Notes: a model not told the origin generated them from the letters alone. Numbered from the stretch's first letter, positions 37,748 to 48,011 are shown. The stretch: 64,000 bases of DNA from a bacterium (GCA_963660485.1 CAVKYH010000006.1:522-64521); one strand, 5' to 3'. Program-made: numbers and translations.

Positions 37748-40369
37748 TTACAGATTTGCCAATTCCAAAGCTTTGTCAACGGCAGCATTAAGTCCGTCAA
37801 CATTATGACCGCCTGCGGTTGCAAAATGCGGCGCACCGCCTCCACCGCCCTGGATAAGCTTTGCAGCTTCGCGCACAATCTGACCCGCATTCAAATTATG
37901 GTCTTTCACCAAATTTTTGCTTATCATCAGCGTGAGCATAGGCTTGTCATTGCCCGTCGTACCAAGTATGCAGAACAAATTCTCGGGTATCTCCGCCGAA
38001 ATCTTGAACGCCAAATCTTTTGCAGCCTCGGGCGAAATGGGCAATACAGTCTTGATTACCGTTATTCCGCCTCTGTTTTCCGCGCGTTTCACAAGAGCGG
38101 CTTTCATATCCTCCACTTGTTTTTGCATAAACGAGTCAATCTTTTTGTGAAGGTCGCCGTTCTCTTCCACAGTCTTCTTTATTACAGCCGTCAGGTCTTT
38201 TGCGTTGTTGAAAAGCAGGCGCAATCCGTTAAGCAAGTCCTCTTCTTTATACAACAACTCCTCTGCAGCCGCTCCTGTAATGGCTTCAACACGGCGTACA
38301 CCTGCTGCCACAGAACTTTCAGAGACTATATGGAAAAGTCCGATGCGTCCCGTGCTCTTTGCATGGCAACCTCCGCAAAACTCCACGCTATCTCCGAATT
38401 TCACCACGCGCACCTTGTCGCCGTATTTCTCACCGAAAAGCGCAATGGCTCCGAGTTTTTTCGCCTCTTCTATGGGCGTGTCGCGATATTCCTGCAAAGG
38501 AATGTCGGCACGTATGGCAGCGTTTACAATACGTTCGGCCTTGCGCAACTCTTCAGGCGTTACTTTTTGATAATGTGAGAAGTCGAAACGCAGATAATCG
38601 GGCGTAACCAAAGATCCCTTCTGTTCCACGTGATTTCCAAGCACTGTGCGCAAAGCGAAGTCAAGCAAGTGGGTTGCGGTATGGTTTGCCTCGCTGCCTC
38701 GGCGCCAGTTGGTATCGACAACAGCCTTGAACGTTGCTTCGGGGTGCTGCGGAAGTTTGTCTGTAATGTGTAGCGCGAGATTGTTTTCGCGTTTTGTATC
38801 CTTTATCTCTATTGTCTCGAACTCGCTGACCAATTTTCCTTGATCTCCAACCTGTCCGCCCATTTCTGCATAGAAAGGTGTTACGTCCAAGACCAGTTCA
38901 TAATGCGTTTTTTTCTTTTGTGCGACGCTACGATAACGGGTAATATGGCACTCATGTTCGGTGGTGTCCCAACCGACAAAGGTTTCGTTTCCCGGATTTA
39001 CCTCCACCCAGTCGCCGAGTTCCACTTGGGCGGCATTGCGGGCGCGCTGTTTTTGTTTTTGCATCTCTTCGTTGAATCCTTCTTCGTCAACGGTCATGCC
39101 ATTCTCGGTGCAGATCAATTCTGTAAGGTCGAGTGGGAAACCGAATGTGTCGAAAAGCGTGAAAGCCTTGACGCCTTCGATTTGTTGTTTGCCTGCGTTT
39201 TTCGTCTCTGCGATTATGTTGTCGAGCAGGTTGATTCCCGTTGAAAGTGTGCGCAGGAACGCCTCTTCTTCTTCTCTTATCACACGGCCGATAAGCACTT
39301 TCTGCGCCTTCAGCTCGGGATAAGAATCGCCCATTTCCTCAACGAGTGTGGGCACGAGCTTATATATGAATGCTTCTTTCTGATCAAGGAAAGTGTAGGC
39401 GTATCTCACAGCGCGGCGCAAGATACGACGTATCACGTATCCGGCTTTTGCGTTGTCGGGCAACTGCCCGTCGGCTATCGAGAAAGCGATGGCGCGAATA
39501 TGGTCAGCCACCACGCGCATTGCCACGTCGGTTGCCTCGTCTTTTCCATAGGCTTTGCCGCTGATTTCCGCTATTTTTTTGATGATAGGCTGGAATATGT
39601 CGGTATCGTAATTGGAATTCTTGCCTTGGAGCACGCGGCAAAGGCGTTCAAAGCCCATTCCCGTATCGATCACCTTTGCGGGAAGCGGTTCGAGCGAGCC
39701 GTCTGCTTTGCGGTTGTACTGCATGAAAACGAGATTCCATATTTCTATTACGAGCGGGTTGTCTTTGTTTACGAGCGATGCGCCGCTTACTTTTTTCTTG
39801 TCCTCGTCTGAGCGCAAGTCGATATGTATTTCCGAGCACGGGCCGCATGGTCCGGTGTCGCCCATCTCCCAGAAGTTGTCGTGTTTGTTGCCGTCGATTA
39901 TATGGTCTTTGGGGAAATATTTCTCCCAGTATTCAGCAGCTTCATTGTCGCGTTCGAGCCCTTCGGAAGCTGCGCCTTCAAACACGGTTACATAGAGATC
40001 TTTTTTCTCAATCTTGAGCACGTCAACAAGATATTCGTATGCCCAACTGATGACTTCCTTTTTGAAATAGTCTCCGAAGCTCCAGTTTCCGAGCATCTCA
40101 AACATTGTGTGGTGGTAAGTGTCGTGTCCCACTTCTTCAAGGTCGTTGTGCTTTCCGCTCACGCGCAGGCATTTTTGCGAGTCGGTGCAACGGCGGCTCT
40201 TGGGCTCTGCGTTTCCGAGTATAATGTCTTTGAACTGGTTCATTCCCGCGTTGGTAAACATTAGCGTGGGATCGTCTTTCACCACAATGGGAGCGGAAGG
40301 CACTATGAGGTGTCCTTTCGACTCGAAGAACTGTTTGAATGATTCTCTTATTTCGTTTGCTGTCATCAT
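37748..40369 (-). CDS. alaS: alanine--tRNA ligase
   Basis: Start set at [20 protein letters not shown] (ATG 40369 or 40366). A -7 box lies inside the 11-codon extension of the track ORF. Class II core, editing-domain HxxxH (HTATHLL) and a C-terminal DHHA1-like region. Confidence 0.95.
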   Translation of the reverse strand: MMTANEIRESFKQFFESKGHLIVPSAPIVVKDDPTLMFTNAGMNQFKDIILGNAEPKSRRCTDSQKCLRVSGKHNDLEEVGHDTYHHTMFEMLGNWSFGDYFKKEVISWAYEYLVDVLKIEKKDLYVTVFEGAASEGLERDNEAAEYWEKYFPKDHIIDGNKHDNFWEMGDTGPCGPCSEIHIDLRSDEDKKKVSGASLVNKDNPLVIEIWNLVFMQYNRKADGSLEPLPAKVIDTGMGFERLCRVLQGKNSNYDTDIFQPIIKKIAEISGKAYGKDEATDVAMRVVADHIRAIAFSIADGQLPDNAKAGYVIRRILRRAVRYAYTFLDQKEAFIYKLVPTLVEEMGDSYPELKAQKVLIGRVIREEEEAFLRTLSTGINLLDNIIAETKNAGKQQIEGVKAFTLFDTFGFPLDLTELICTENGMTVDEEGFNEEMQKQKQRARNAAQVELGDWVEVNPGNETFVGWDTTEHECHITRYRSVAQKKKTHYELVLDVTPFYAEMGGQVGDQGKLVSEFETIEIKDTKRENNLALHITDKLPQHPEATFKAVVDTNWRRGSEANHTATHLLDFALRTVLGNHVEQKGSLVTPDYLRFDFSHYQKVTPEELRKAERIVNAAIRADIPLQEYRDTPIEEAKKLGAIALFGEKYGDKVRVVKFGDSVEFCGGCHAKSTGRIGLFHIVSESSVAAGVRRVEAITGAAAEELLYKEEDLLNGLRLLFNNAKDLTAVIKKTVEENGDLHKKIDSFMQKQVEDMKAALVKRAENRGGITVIKTVLPISPEAAKDLAFKISAEIPENLFCILGTTGNDKPMLTLMISKNLVKDHNLNAGQIVREAAKLIQGGGGGAPHFATAGGHNVDGLNAAVDKALELANL

Positions 40370-40399
40370 GACTGGATAAATTTCATATATAAAACGTTG

Positions 40400-40407
40400 C
40401 AAAGTTA
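40400..40407 (-). promoter_or_regulatory. candidate -7 box for alaS
   Basis: + strand caaagtta = TAACTTTG on the minus strand, 31 nt upstream of ATG 40369. Back-to-back with the MerR-gene box. Confidence 0.5.
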
Positions 40408-40419
40408 CAGTGTTTTCTT

Positions 40420-40427
40420 TACTTTTG
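40420..40427 (+). promoter_or_regulatory. candidate -7 box for the MerR-family gene
   Basis: TACTTTTG, 34 nt upstream of ATG 40461. Confidence 0.5.
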
Positions 40428-40460
40428 CAAGAACAACATTAGTAAAACTCATTATCCCGT

Positions 40461-40808
40461 ATGGCTTTATCTGCAAACAAAGACTTGAAAATGTACTACT
40501 CCATCAGCGAAGTTGCCCAAAAGTTTGGCGTGTCGGAAACATTGCTCCGCTTTTGGGAGAAGCAGTTTCCGCAGATAAAACCGCGCAAGAGCGGGCGAAA
40601 CATCAGGCAATACAGCAAAGAGGACATTGAGCAAGTGGGGCTGATATACAACCTCGTGAAAGTGCGCGGGCTCAAGCTCGCCGCTGCACGCGAGGCGCTC
40701 AACAAGAACCGCAGCGGTGTGCAGCAGGTTGCCGAAGTGATTACAAAGCTAAAGGCTATCCGCGCCGAACTAATGGATTTGAAGCACGGGCTTACGCAGT
40801 TTGAATAG
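40461..40808 (+). CDS. MerR-family transcriptional regulator
   Basis: 115 aa. MerR HTH YSISEVAQKFGVSETLLRFWEK and a coiled C-terminus. An alternative start is Met11 (40491). Confidence 0.8.
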   Translation: MALSANKDLKMYYSISEVAQKFGVSETLLRFWEKQFPQIKPRKSGRNIRQYSKEDIEQVGLIYNLVKVRGLKLAAAREALNKNRSGVQQVAEVITKLKAIRAELMDLKHGLTQFE

Positions 40809-40865
40809 TCAAGAAGCCTTAAAACATATCCCCAAGCGCATATTTTTCACTCCATTCGCAGTGGG

Positions 40866-40956
40866 GAAAAAACTACACGGCATCTCGTAAAAATTCCGGG
40901 CCACCAAATTTAAATTCCGACGCATCTAATTTAAATTAGGTCTGACCTCGTAAAAA
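40866..40956. repeat. 21-nt modular repeat, copy 12 (T-B-A-D)
   Basis: GAAAAAACT ACACGGCATCTCGTAAAAATT CCGGGCCACCAAATTTAAATT CCGACGCATCTAATTTAAATT AGGTCTGACCTCGTAAAAAGC. Confidence 0.9.
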
Positions 40957-41045
40957 GCATATTTGCACATTGCGAAAACGGCAGCAAATGAGCGGAATGC
41001 ATTAAAGTGTAATCGTCGTTCCTACATGGCTTGAAGCAAAAACAC

Positions 41046-41053
41046 TATCTTTG
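41046..41053 (+). promoter_or_regulatory. candidate -7 box for the MFS gene (very short or absent leader)
   Basis: TATCTTTG ends 8 nt before ATG 41061. Confidence 0.4.
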
Positions 41054-41060
41054 CAAAGAC

Positions 41061-42236
41061 ATGGAAAAACTTTGGAACAAAGATTATTTGCGCGTTATGC
41101 TCGTGAACTTCATGATGTATTTCGCGTTTTATCTACTCACTCCCCTTCTTCCCCTATATCTGAGCGAGAAATTCGGTGCGTCAAACAATATGATAGGCGT
41201 TGTGCTCTCGGGATATGTGGTGGCCGAAATCGTGGCAAGGCTTTTCAGCGGTTTCATAGTTGACAGTTTCGACCGCCGCCACGTGCTTCTGTGGAGCGTA
41301 TCGCTGTTTTTCGTGTTTTTCGGCGGCTACCCCATTGCCGGAACGCTTCTGATGTTTGCCATAGTGAGAACCCTTCACGGCTTGCCCTTTGGCGTGGTAA
41401 CGGTGGCCAACAGCACAGCGGCAATAGACGTGCTGCCCTCGTCAAGACGCAACGAAGGGCTCGGCTTCTACGGCCTGAGCAACAATCTCTCAATGGCAAT
41501 AGCCCCGAGTGCGGGAGTTTTCTTATACAAATGGACAAACAGTTTTGAACTTCTCTTTTGGCTCTCGTTTTTCATAGCCATGGGCGCGCTCGGAGTGGCT
41601 TCCACGATAAACCTTCCCAAACGCGAAATCAAAACCGACAAACGCCCCATCTCGCTCGACCGTTTTTTTCTCACCCGCGCCTGGCTTCTGAGCATCAACA
41701 TCGCATTTTTCGCATTCTCGTGGGGAGTGATGAGCTCCTATATTGCACTCTACAGCAAAAACGTGCTGGGAATAACAAGCGGCACAGGCACATTTTTCAT
41801 GCTAATCTCAACCGGACTGATTGCCTCGCGGCTTCAAGGCGCAAAAGCCCTGCGCCAAGGGAAACTTACCCTTAACGCAGCCGAAGGAGCGTGCATCTCG
41901 CTCATAGCATATTTCATCTTCATAGCATTTCCCTCAACATTCACCTACTACGCTTCGGCATTGCTCCTCGGACTGGGCAACGGACACATCTATCCCGCCT
42001 TTCTAAACATGTTTGTAGGCATGGCACACCACAACGAACGCGGCACGGCAAACTCATCTATACTAATGTCGTGGGGAGTGGGCATGGGAATCGGAATTCT
42101 GTTGGGCGGAATGGTGAGCGGAAGCCATGGCTATCAGGCAGCATTCTGGATGAACTTCGCGGTAAACGCCGCCGGAGTGGTTTTGTTCTTCGCCGCAACG
42201 CGCAAATTCTTCCTCACACGCAAGATAGCGGAATAA
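41061..42236 (+). CDS. MFS transporter
   Basis: The track start 41031 is TTG. The first ATG is 41061 (MEKLWNKDYLRV..). About 12 hydrophobic helices and an MFS motif-A-like GFIVDSFDRRHV. Confidence 0.8.
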   Translation: MEKLWNKDYLRVMLVNFMMYFAFYLLTPLLPLYLSEKFGASNNMIGVVLSGYVVAEIVARLFSGFIVDSFDRRHVLLWSVSLFFVFFGGYPIAGTLLMFAIVRTLHGLPFGVVTVANSTAAIDVLPSSRRNEGLGFYGLSNNLSMAIAPSAGVFLYKWTNSFELLFWLSFFIAMGALGVASTINLPKREIKTDKRPISLDRFFLTRAWLLSINIAFFAFSWGVMSSYIALYSKNVLGITSGTGTFFMLISTGLIASRLQGAKALRQGKLTLNAAEGACISLIAYFIFIAFPSTFTYYASALLLGLGNGHIYPAFLNMFVGMAHHNERGTANSSILMSWGVGMGIGILLGGMVSGSHGYQAAFWMNFAVNAAGVVLFFAATRKFFLTRKIAE

Positions 42237-42357
42237 AAAACGACAGAGAGCCGCAGCAGGCAAACAAACTCTGTTGGGGTTTCGAAAATTACCCATACCG
42301 CAAAGACCATATCACGACAAAAATCGCTATATTCGCACACAAGAAATATAACGACAG

Positions 42358-43908
42358 ATGCAGAACGGAAAACTCCTGTGGGTGGACGACGAAATAGACA
42401 TGCTGCGCGCCCATATCATCTTTCTCGAAAACAAAGGATACAATGTTGACACCGCGACAAACGGCATCGACGCTCTCGACATGTGCAAAGACGGAAACTA
42501 CGACCTTGTAATGCTCGACGAAAACATGCCCGGACTAAGCGGATTGGAGGTGCTCACGCAGATAAAGGAGATACTGCCCGACACACCCGTTGTGATGGTT
42601 ACGAAAAGCGAGGAAGAAGATATTATGAACCAGGCCGTGGGACAGAAAATAGCCGACTATCTAATAAAACCCGTTAACCCTAGCCAGATACTGCTTACGC
42701 TAAAAAAGAATATCCACAAGCGCGAAATTGTGGACGAGGTTACGCAAACGGGATACCGCCAAGAGTTCGCAAAAATAAGCATGCAGATAAACGACTCGCT
42801 TTCCGCCGAAGATTGGACCGATGTGTACAAAAAACTGGTGTATTGGGAACTCGAATTACAGGACACCGGCGGAGCGATGGACGAGATGCTAAAAATGCAA
42901 AAGGAGGAAGCAAACACTGTGTTCGGCAAATTCGTAAAACGAAACTATCTTTCTTGGCTCAAAAGCCCCGAAACACGCCCCTTGATGAGCAATGATTTGT
43001 TCCGCAAGCGCATATTTCCCCTACTCGATGCGGGAAAAAAGGTTTTTCTGATGGTTTTCGACAATTTCAGATACGACCAATGGAGAATGTTGAGCCGCGA
43101 CCTTGCAACCGACTTCACTTTTGACGAAGAATTATACTACAGTATTCTCCCCACCGCCACACAATATGCGCGCAATGCCATATTTTCGGGACTCATGCCC
43201 CTACAAATCGAAGAAATATTCCCAGGACTTTGGGTTGACGAGAACGAAGATGAAGGCAAGAACCTGAAAGAAAAAGAACTTATCGCCACACAGCTGCACA
43301 GGTTCCGCCGCAAAAACACCTATTCCTACAACAAGGTGAACGATTCGCAGGCTGCCGACAAATTTCTCTCACAACTTCCGCAACTCGAGAAGAATGATTT
43401 GAACGTGCTCGTGGTAAATTTCATCGACATACTTTCACACGCACGCACGGAGCAGAAAACGGTGCGCGAACTCGCCTCGGACGAAGCAGCATACCGCAGC
43501 ATAACGCTCTCATGGTTCAGATACAGCGCAATGAAAGAGCTTTTCCGCCAACTGGCTGAGCGCGAATTTACCGTAATAGTAACTACCGACCACGGGAGTA
43601 TCCGTGTAGGACAACCGGCAAAGGTTGTAGGCGACCGCGAAGTGAATACAAATCTGCGCTACAAGCTCGGGAAAAATCTTAAATACAACAACAAGGAAGT
43701 CTTCGAGGTACGCCGTCCCGCCGATGCGCTTCTCCCCTCGCCCAATCTCTCAACTTCTTACATTTTTGCCACAGGCAACAGATTTTTTGCCTATCCCAAC
43801 GATTTCAACCACTATGTAAGATACTACAGCAACACATTCCAACACGGCGGAATCTCAATGGAGGAAATGATTGTGCCCTTTATCACCCTCCATTCCAAAC
43901 GCCGCTGA
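42358..43908 (+). CDS. porX: PorX-like response regulator (receiver domain + PglZ/alkaline-phosphatase-superfamily domain)
   Basis: 516 aa. CheY-like receiver (LLWVDDE..DLVMLDENMPG..IKP) followed by a PglZ-type domain (VVNFIDILSHA, TTDHGS, FQHGGIS). The size, the architecture and (from memory, unverified) a tsaE neighbour match PorX of type IX secretion organisms. Confidence 0.75.
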   Translation: MQNGKLLWVDDEIDMLRAHIIFLENKGYNVDTATNGIDALDMCKDGNYDLVMLDENMPGLSGLEVLTQIKEILPDTPVVMVTKSEEEDIMNQAVGQKIADYLIKPVNPSQILLTLKKNIHKREIVDEVTQTGYRQEFAKISMQINDSLSAEDWTDVYKKLVYWELELQDTGGAMDEMLKMQKEEANTVFGKFVKRNYLSWLKSPETRPLMSNDLFRKRIFPLLDAGKKVFLMVFDNFRYDQWRMLSRDLATDFTFDEELYYSILPTATQYARNAIFSGLMPLQIEEIFPGLWVDENEDEGKNLKEKELIATQLHRFRRKNTYSYNKVNDSQAADKFLSQLPQLEKNDLNVLVVNFIDILSHARTEQKTVRELASDEAAYRSITLSWFRYSAMKELFRQLAEREFTVIVTTDHGSIRVGQPAKVVGDREVNTNLRYKLGKNLKYNNKEVFEVRRPADALLPSPNLSTSYIFATGNRFFAYPNDFNHYVRYYSNTFQHGGISMEEMIVPFITLHSKRR

Positions 43909-43936
43909 AAACAAGCAATACAACATAAAAGGAACA

Positions 43937-44356
43937 ATGGAAATCAAGATAACATCATTAGACAGCATCGAAACTGCAGCAAAGCAATTCGTAGCCCAAA
44001 TGGGCAACCGCAAGATATTCGCCTTTTACGGCAACATGGGAGCGGGCAAAACCACATTCATTCGCGCCATCTGCCGCGAACTCGGCGTTACCGAAGAAGT
44101 AACATCGCCCTCGTTCGCAATAGTAAACGAATACCGCAGCGAGACAACAGGTGCAAGTTTTTTCCATTTCGATTTCTATCGCATAAAGAAGATTGAAGAA
44201 GTTTACGACCTGGGTTACGAAGATTACTTCTACGGCGGCGGAGTAAACTTCATTGAATGGCCGGAACTGATAGAAGACCTCCTGCCCGAAGAAACCGTGA
44301 AAGTATCTATCACAGAAGACATTGACGGAACAAGAACCGTAACGGTTGACGCCTGA
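43937..44356 (+). CDS. tsaE: tRNA threonylcarbamoyladenosine biosynthesis ATPase TsaE
   Basis: Start set at ATG 43937 (MEIKITSLDS..). P-loop YGNMGAGKTTF and the SPSFAIVNEY block. Confidence 0.85.
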   Translation: MEIKITSLDSIETAAKQFVAQMGNRKIFAFYGNMGAGKTTFIRAICRELGVTEEVTSPSFAIVNEYRSETTGASFFHFDFYRIKKIEEVYDLGYEDYFYGGGVNFIEWPELIEDLLPEETVKVSITEDIDGTRTVTVDA

Positions 44357-44365
44357 AACATTGCC

Positions 44366-44480
44366 GAAAAAACTACAAGGCATCTCGTAAAAACTCCGAC
44401 GCATCTAATTTAAATTAGATGCGTCGGAATTTAAATTTGGTGGCCCGGAGTTTTTATGGCATGCCGCATCGTTTTTAAAA
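44366..44480. repeat. 21-nt modular repeat, copy 13 (T-A-A'-B'-degenerate T')
   Basis: GAAAAAACT ACAAGGCATCTCGTAAAAACT, then the perfect 32-nt palindrome CCGACGCATCTAATTTAAATTAGATGCGTCGG at 44396..44427, then AATTTAAATT TGGTGGCCCGG AGTTTTTATG GCATGCCGCATCGTTTTTAAAA. Starts 10 nt after the tsaE stop. Confidence 0.92.
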
Positions 44481-44547
44481 CATCAATTTTGGCTCAAAAA
44501 ACGATGCTCCCCGATTGTACAACACCGGATATTTGGAAAAGTTTGCG

Positions 44548-44555
44548 TACATTTG
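44548..44555 (+). promoter_or_regulatory. candidate -7 box for frr-rsgA
   Basis: TACATTTG, 31 nt upstream of ATG 44586. Confidence 0.5.
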
Positions 44556-44585
44556 CGTAATGTTAAACAGTAAAACCCAGCAACA

Positions 44586-45146
44586 ATGTTTGATGTAAAA
44601 CAATGCCTGAACGACAGCGAGAAAAAAATGTCGCAGTCAGTAAAGCATCTTGAGGAAACATTGGCACGCATACGCGCAGGAAAAGCCAATGTAGAGATTC
44701 TCGACGAAGTGAGAGTGGAGAGCTACGGCACGATGATGCCTCTCAACCAGGTTTCGGCAGTTACCACGCCCGATGCACGCACCATAGCCATTAAGCCATG
44801 GGACAAAAGCATGATGCGCGCCATTGAAAAGGCTATTATCAACTCCAACGTAGGAATCACACCCGACAACAACGGCGAGATTATACGTCTCACCATTCCG
44901 CCTCTCACAGAAGAGCGACGCAAGGAACTTGCAAAGCAGTGCAACAAAGAAGGAGAAGCAGCCAAGGTGGGCATACGCAACATACGCCGTGAGACAATAG
45001 ACAAATTGAAAAAGTCGGTGAAAGACGGTGTGAGCGAGGACAACGAAAAAGATGCGGAACAAAACCTGCAGAAACTTCACGACAAATATGTGAAGCAGGT
45101 GGACGAACTTCTTGCACAAAAGAACAAGGAAATAATGACCGTATAA
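44586..45146 (+). CDS. frr: ribosome recycling factor
   Basis: 186 aa. Full-length RRF pattern (LEETLARIRAGKAN, ITPDNNGEIIRLTIPPLTEERR). Confidence 0.95.
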   Translation: MFDVKQCLNDSEKKMSQSVKHLEETLARIRAGKANVEILDEVRVESYGTMMPLNQVSAVTTPDARTIAIKPWDKSMMRAIEKAIINSNVGITPDNNGEIIRLTIPPLTEERRKELAKQCNKEGEAAKVGIRNIRRETIDKLKKSVKDGVSEDNEKDAEQNLQKLHDKYVKQVDELLAQKNKEIMTV

Positions 45147-45149
45147 GCC

Positions 45150-46079
45150 ATGCGGGGAACCGTTATACGCACGGCGGGAAGCTCTTATCTCGTGCGCACG
45201 GCGGAAAAGGGAGATGTGGAATGCTCTGTGCGCGGAAATTTCCGCCTCAAGGGCATCCGCACCACCAATCCCGTTGCTGTGGGAGACAATGTAGAAATAA
45301 CCATGTCGCCCGAAGGCAGCGGCATGATTGTGGGACTTCTCGACAGAAAGAACTACATCATTCGCAAAGCCACCAACCTTTCAAAGCAAAGCCAGATACT
45401 CGGTGCCAATATAGATCAGGTTCTGCTTTTCGTTACCATTGCACGGCCCGAAACCCTTACCACATTCATCGACCGCTTTATCGCCTCGGCTGAAGCCTAT
45501 GGAGTAGACGTGATACTCGGTTTCAGTAAAATCGACAGCTATTCCCAACAGGAAAACGAGCAGATGAATGCGTTGTCCGAAGTATACCAGAAAATCGGCT
45601 ACCGCACAGTGAAATTCTGCGCCCTCAAAAGCATTTCCCAAGAAGTGATAGAAGTGTTGCGCGGAAAGGTTACACTTATCGCAGGAAACTCCGGAACAGG
45701 AAAATCAACCTTTGTAAACTCGCTCATACCCGACGCCGGCGCAAAAACATCAGAAATTTCCGAAAGCCATCTCACCGGAATGCACACCACAACCGACAGC
45801 CGCATGTATTTTCTTGAGCAAGGCGGAGCGGTAATCGACATTCCCGGAATAAAAGGCTTTGGAACGTTCAATATGAAGCGCGAAGAAGTGAGCCATTACT
45901 TTCGCGAACTGTTTGAAACGGGACACGAATGCCGCTTCAACAATTGCACCCACACCAACGAGCCAGGCTGCGCCGTGAAGCAGGCACTCCAAGAAGGCAA
46001 GATAGCATCTTCGCGCTACGCGTCCTATCTGAATATGCTCGAAGACGGTTGCGAATCGAAATATCGCGAGGCTTATTGA
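45150..46079 (+). CDS. rsgA: ribosome small-subunit-dependent GTPase A
   Basis: 309 aa. OB fold, circularly permuted GTPase (GNSGTGKST) and a C-terminal zinc knuckle CRFNNCTHTNEPGC. Confidence 0.9.
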   Translation: MRGTVIRTAGSSYLVRTAEKGDVECSVRGNFRLKGIRTTNPVAVGDNVEITMSPEGSGMIVGLLDRKNYIIRKATNLSKQSQILGANIDQVLLFVTIARPETLTTFIDRFIASAEAYGVDVILGFSKIDSYSQQENEQMNALSEVYQKIGYRTVKFCALKSISQEVIEVLRGKVTLIAGNSGTGKSTFVNSLIPDAGAKTSEISESHLTGMHTTTDSRMYFLEQGGAVIDIPGIKGFGTFNMKREEVSHYFRELFETGHECRFNNCTHTNEPGCAVKQALQEGKIASSRYASYLNMLEDGCESKYREAY

Positions 46080-46117
46080 GCCTATAAACCTCTAAAAAAA
46101 TCCATAATACAAGAAAA

Positions 46118-47977
46118 ATGAAACCATATAGAATCACAGCCACACTGATGGCGCTGGCAGTCAACGCGTGTGTGCTTGCAGGAAATCCCCAAACGCCCGC
46201 AATCCAAAACATAAAGGTAAAAGGATATCCCGGAACGCGCATCGACCAAATCATCTCAAACCGCGTGATGAAAGAAGACCTTAATCCTTTGGTAGACGTG
46301 TTTGCCACAAAAACCGAAAGCCACCGCTGGCAAACGGAGTTCTGGGGAAAATGGGCAATAGGCGCCTGCGCACTCTACGAATACAACCACGACAAAAACC
46401 TGTACGACCGCATAAAAACTTCGGCCGAGGGAGTGATGAAAAACCAGGACAAAAACGGATACATAGGCAATTATGCGCCCGACAAGCAGCTTAAAGAATG
46501 GGATATCTGGGGACGTAAATATGTGGTGCTCGGACTTCTTGCGTGGCACGACATATCAGGCGACAAAAAAGCTCTGACATCGGCTTGCCGACAAGTGGAT
46601 TTCCTCGTTTCGCAACTGAAGGAAAAAAATCTTTCATTTGTTGAAACCGGAAATTATCGCGGTATGCCAAGCGCTTCGATACTTAATGCCGTTGTCAAGC
46701 TCTACAATAAAACGGGCAACAAGAAGTATCTGCAGCTTTCGGAGCAGATAGCGGAAGAAATGGAGTCGTCAAAAGGTCCGCAAATACTGGCGAAAACCCT
46801 GCAAGGTATACCGTTGGCAGAACGTTTTCCCGCGCAGCAAGCATGGTATAACTTCTACAACGGACAAAAAGCCTACGAAATGATGTCGTGTCTGCAAGGA
46901 TTGCTCGACCTATACCTTGTAAACGGCAACCAATCGCTTCTCGACGGCACCACAAAGGTTGTAGACATGATTATCTCGCAGGAAATCAACATTGCAGGCT
47001 CTGGCGCATCTATGGAATGCTGGTATGGCGGAAAGGCATTGCAGACCCGTCCCTCCGTGCACGAAATGGAAACCTGCGTAACCACTACGTGGATAAATCT
47101 GTTGCGCCGAATGCTGATGATAACGGGCGACGCAAAATATGCCGACCTTATGGAGCAAAGCATATACAATGCGCTTTTTGCGGCATTCAAGGGAGATGCA
47201 TCGCAGATAGACAAATATACGCCGCTCGAGGGAGTGCGCACAATCGGCGAGGAACAATGCGGGCTGCACATCAACTGCTGCAACGCCAACGGGCCGCGCG
47301 GTTTTGCCGCCATACCGCAAACGATGTACACCTTCAAAGACGGCGCAATCAACGTGAACCTTTACGTGGCTTCGGAGGCTGAAATTTCGCTCGGCAACAA
47401 AAAGAATACGGTTACATTGGTACAAGAGGGCGACTATCCGCGCACCGACGAGATGAGCATCAAAGTAAAAACCGCCAAGCCCGCGAAATTCCCGTTGTGT
47501 CTGCGCATTCCGTCATGGGGAAAAGGCACAACGGTGAGCGTGAACGGCGAAAGAGCCGAAGGAACTGCCGTTGACGGATACCTGAAAATAGACCGCGAGT
47601 GGAAAGACGGCGATGCAGTGAAAATCAAGTTCGACATGCCCGCCCGCCTGGTGCGCCAAGACGGTTTCGATGCCATTGTCCGCGGTCCGATAGTGCTTGC
47701 ACGCGACAGCCGCTTCAATCAAGGCGACATCGACGAGGTAGTTTCCATTCCCAACAAAGGCGGAATAGTAGACGTAAAGCCTTGCGACACCCCCTCGTGG
47801 GCGTGGATAAGTTTCAAAGTCCCGGTGATTCTCGGCGTAGACTATATAGACCACGGAAATCCCGTGGAAGTAAATTTCTGCGACTTCTCGTCGGCAGGAA
47901 ACTCTTGGAGCCAGAACGAACGCTACCGCGTATGGTTGCCCGAGGTAAACAATCCCGAAAACATTTTGAAGAAATAA
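46118..47977 (+). CDS. GH127-family (DUF1680) beta-L-arabinofuranosidase-like glycoside hydrolase
   Basis: 619 aa with a signal peptide. Contains the E-x-C (HEMETCV) and CC (INCCNANGPRG) motifs that coordinate zinc and provide the nucleophile in characterised GH127 enzymes. Confidence 0.75.
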   Translation: MKPYRITATLMALAVNACVLAGNPQTPAIQNIKVKGYPGTRIDQIISNRVMKEDLNPLVDVFATKTESHRWQTEFWGKWAIGACALYEYNHDKNLYDRIKTSAEGVMKNQDKNGYIGNYAPDKQLKEWDIWGRKYVVLGLLAWHDISGDKKALTSACRQVDFLVSQLKEKNLSFVETGNYRGMPSASILNAVVKLYNKTGNKKYLQLSEQIAEEMESSKGPQILAKTLQGIPLAERFPAQQAWYNFYNGQKAYEMMSCLQGLLDLYLVNGNQSLLDGTTKVVDMIISQEINIAGSGASMECWYGGKALQTRPSVHEMETCVTTTWINLLRRMLMITGDAKYADLMEQSIYNALFAAFKGDASQIDKYTPLEGVRTIGEEQCGLHINCCNANGPRGFAAIPQTMYTFKDGAINVNLYVASEAEISLGNKKNTVTLVQEGDYPRTDEMSIKVKTAKPAKFPLCLRIPSWGKGTTVSVNGERAEGTAVDGYLKIDREWKDGDAVKIKFDMPARLVRQDGFDAIVRGPIVLARDSRFNQGDIDEVVSIPNKGGIVDVKPCDTPSWAWISFKVPVILGVDYIDHGNPVEVNFCDFSSAGNSWSQNERYRVWLPEVNNPENILKK

Positions 47978-48011
47978 ATCAGAAATCAATCCTTTCGGAA
48001 ACACCCACAAG

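Noticed and set aside
40370-40402. 11-codon N-terminal extension of alaS ([11 protein letters not shown])
   Set aside because: AlaRS homology begins at [11 protein letters not shown], and the candidate -7 box (40400..40407) overlaps the extended start codon.
42358-43908. PglZ domain as a marker of a BREX/Pgl phage-defence system
   Set aside because: The PglZ domain is fused to an N-terminal response-regulator receiver (PorX architecture). None of the BREX partners (brxA/B/C, pglX methyltransferase, brxL) is nearby, and the neighbours are tsaE, frr and rsgA.
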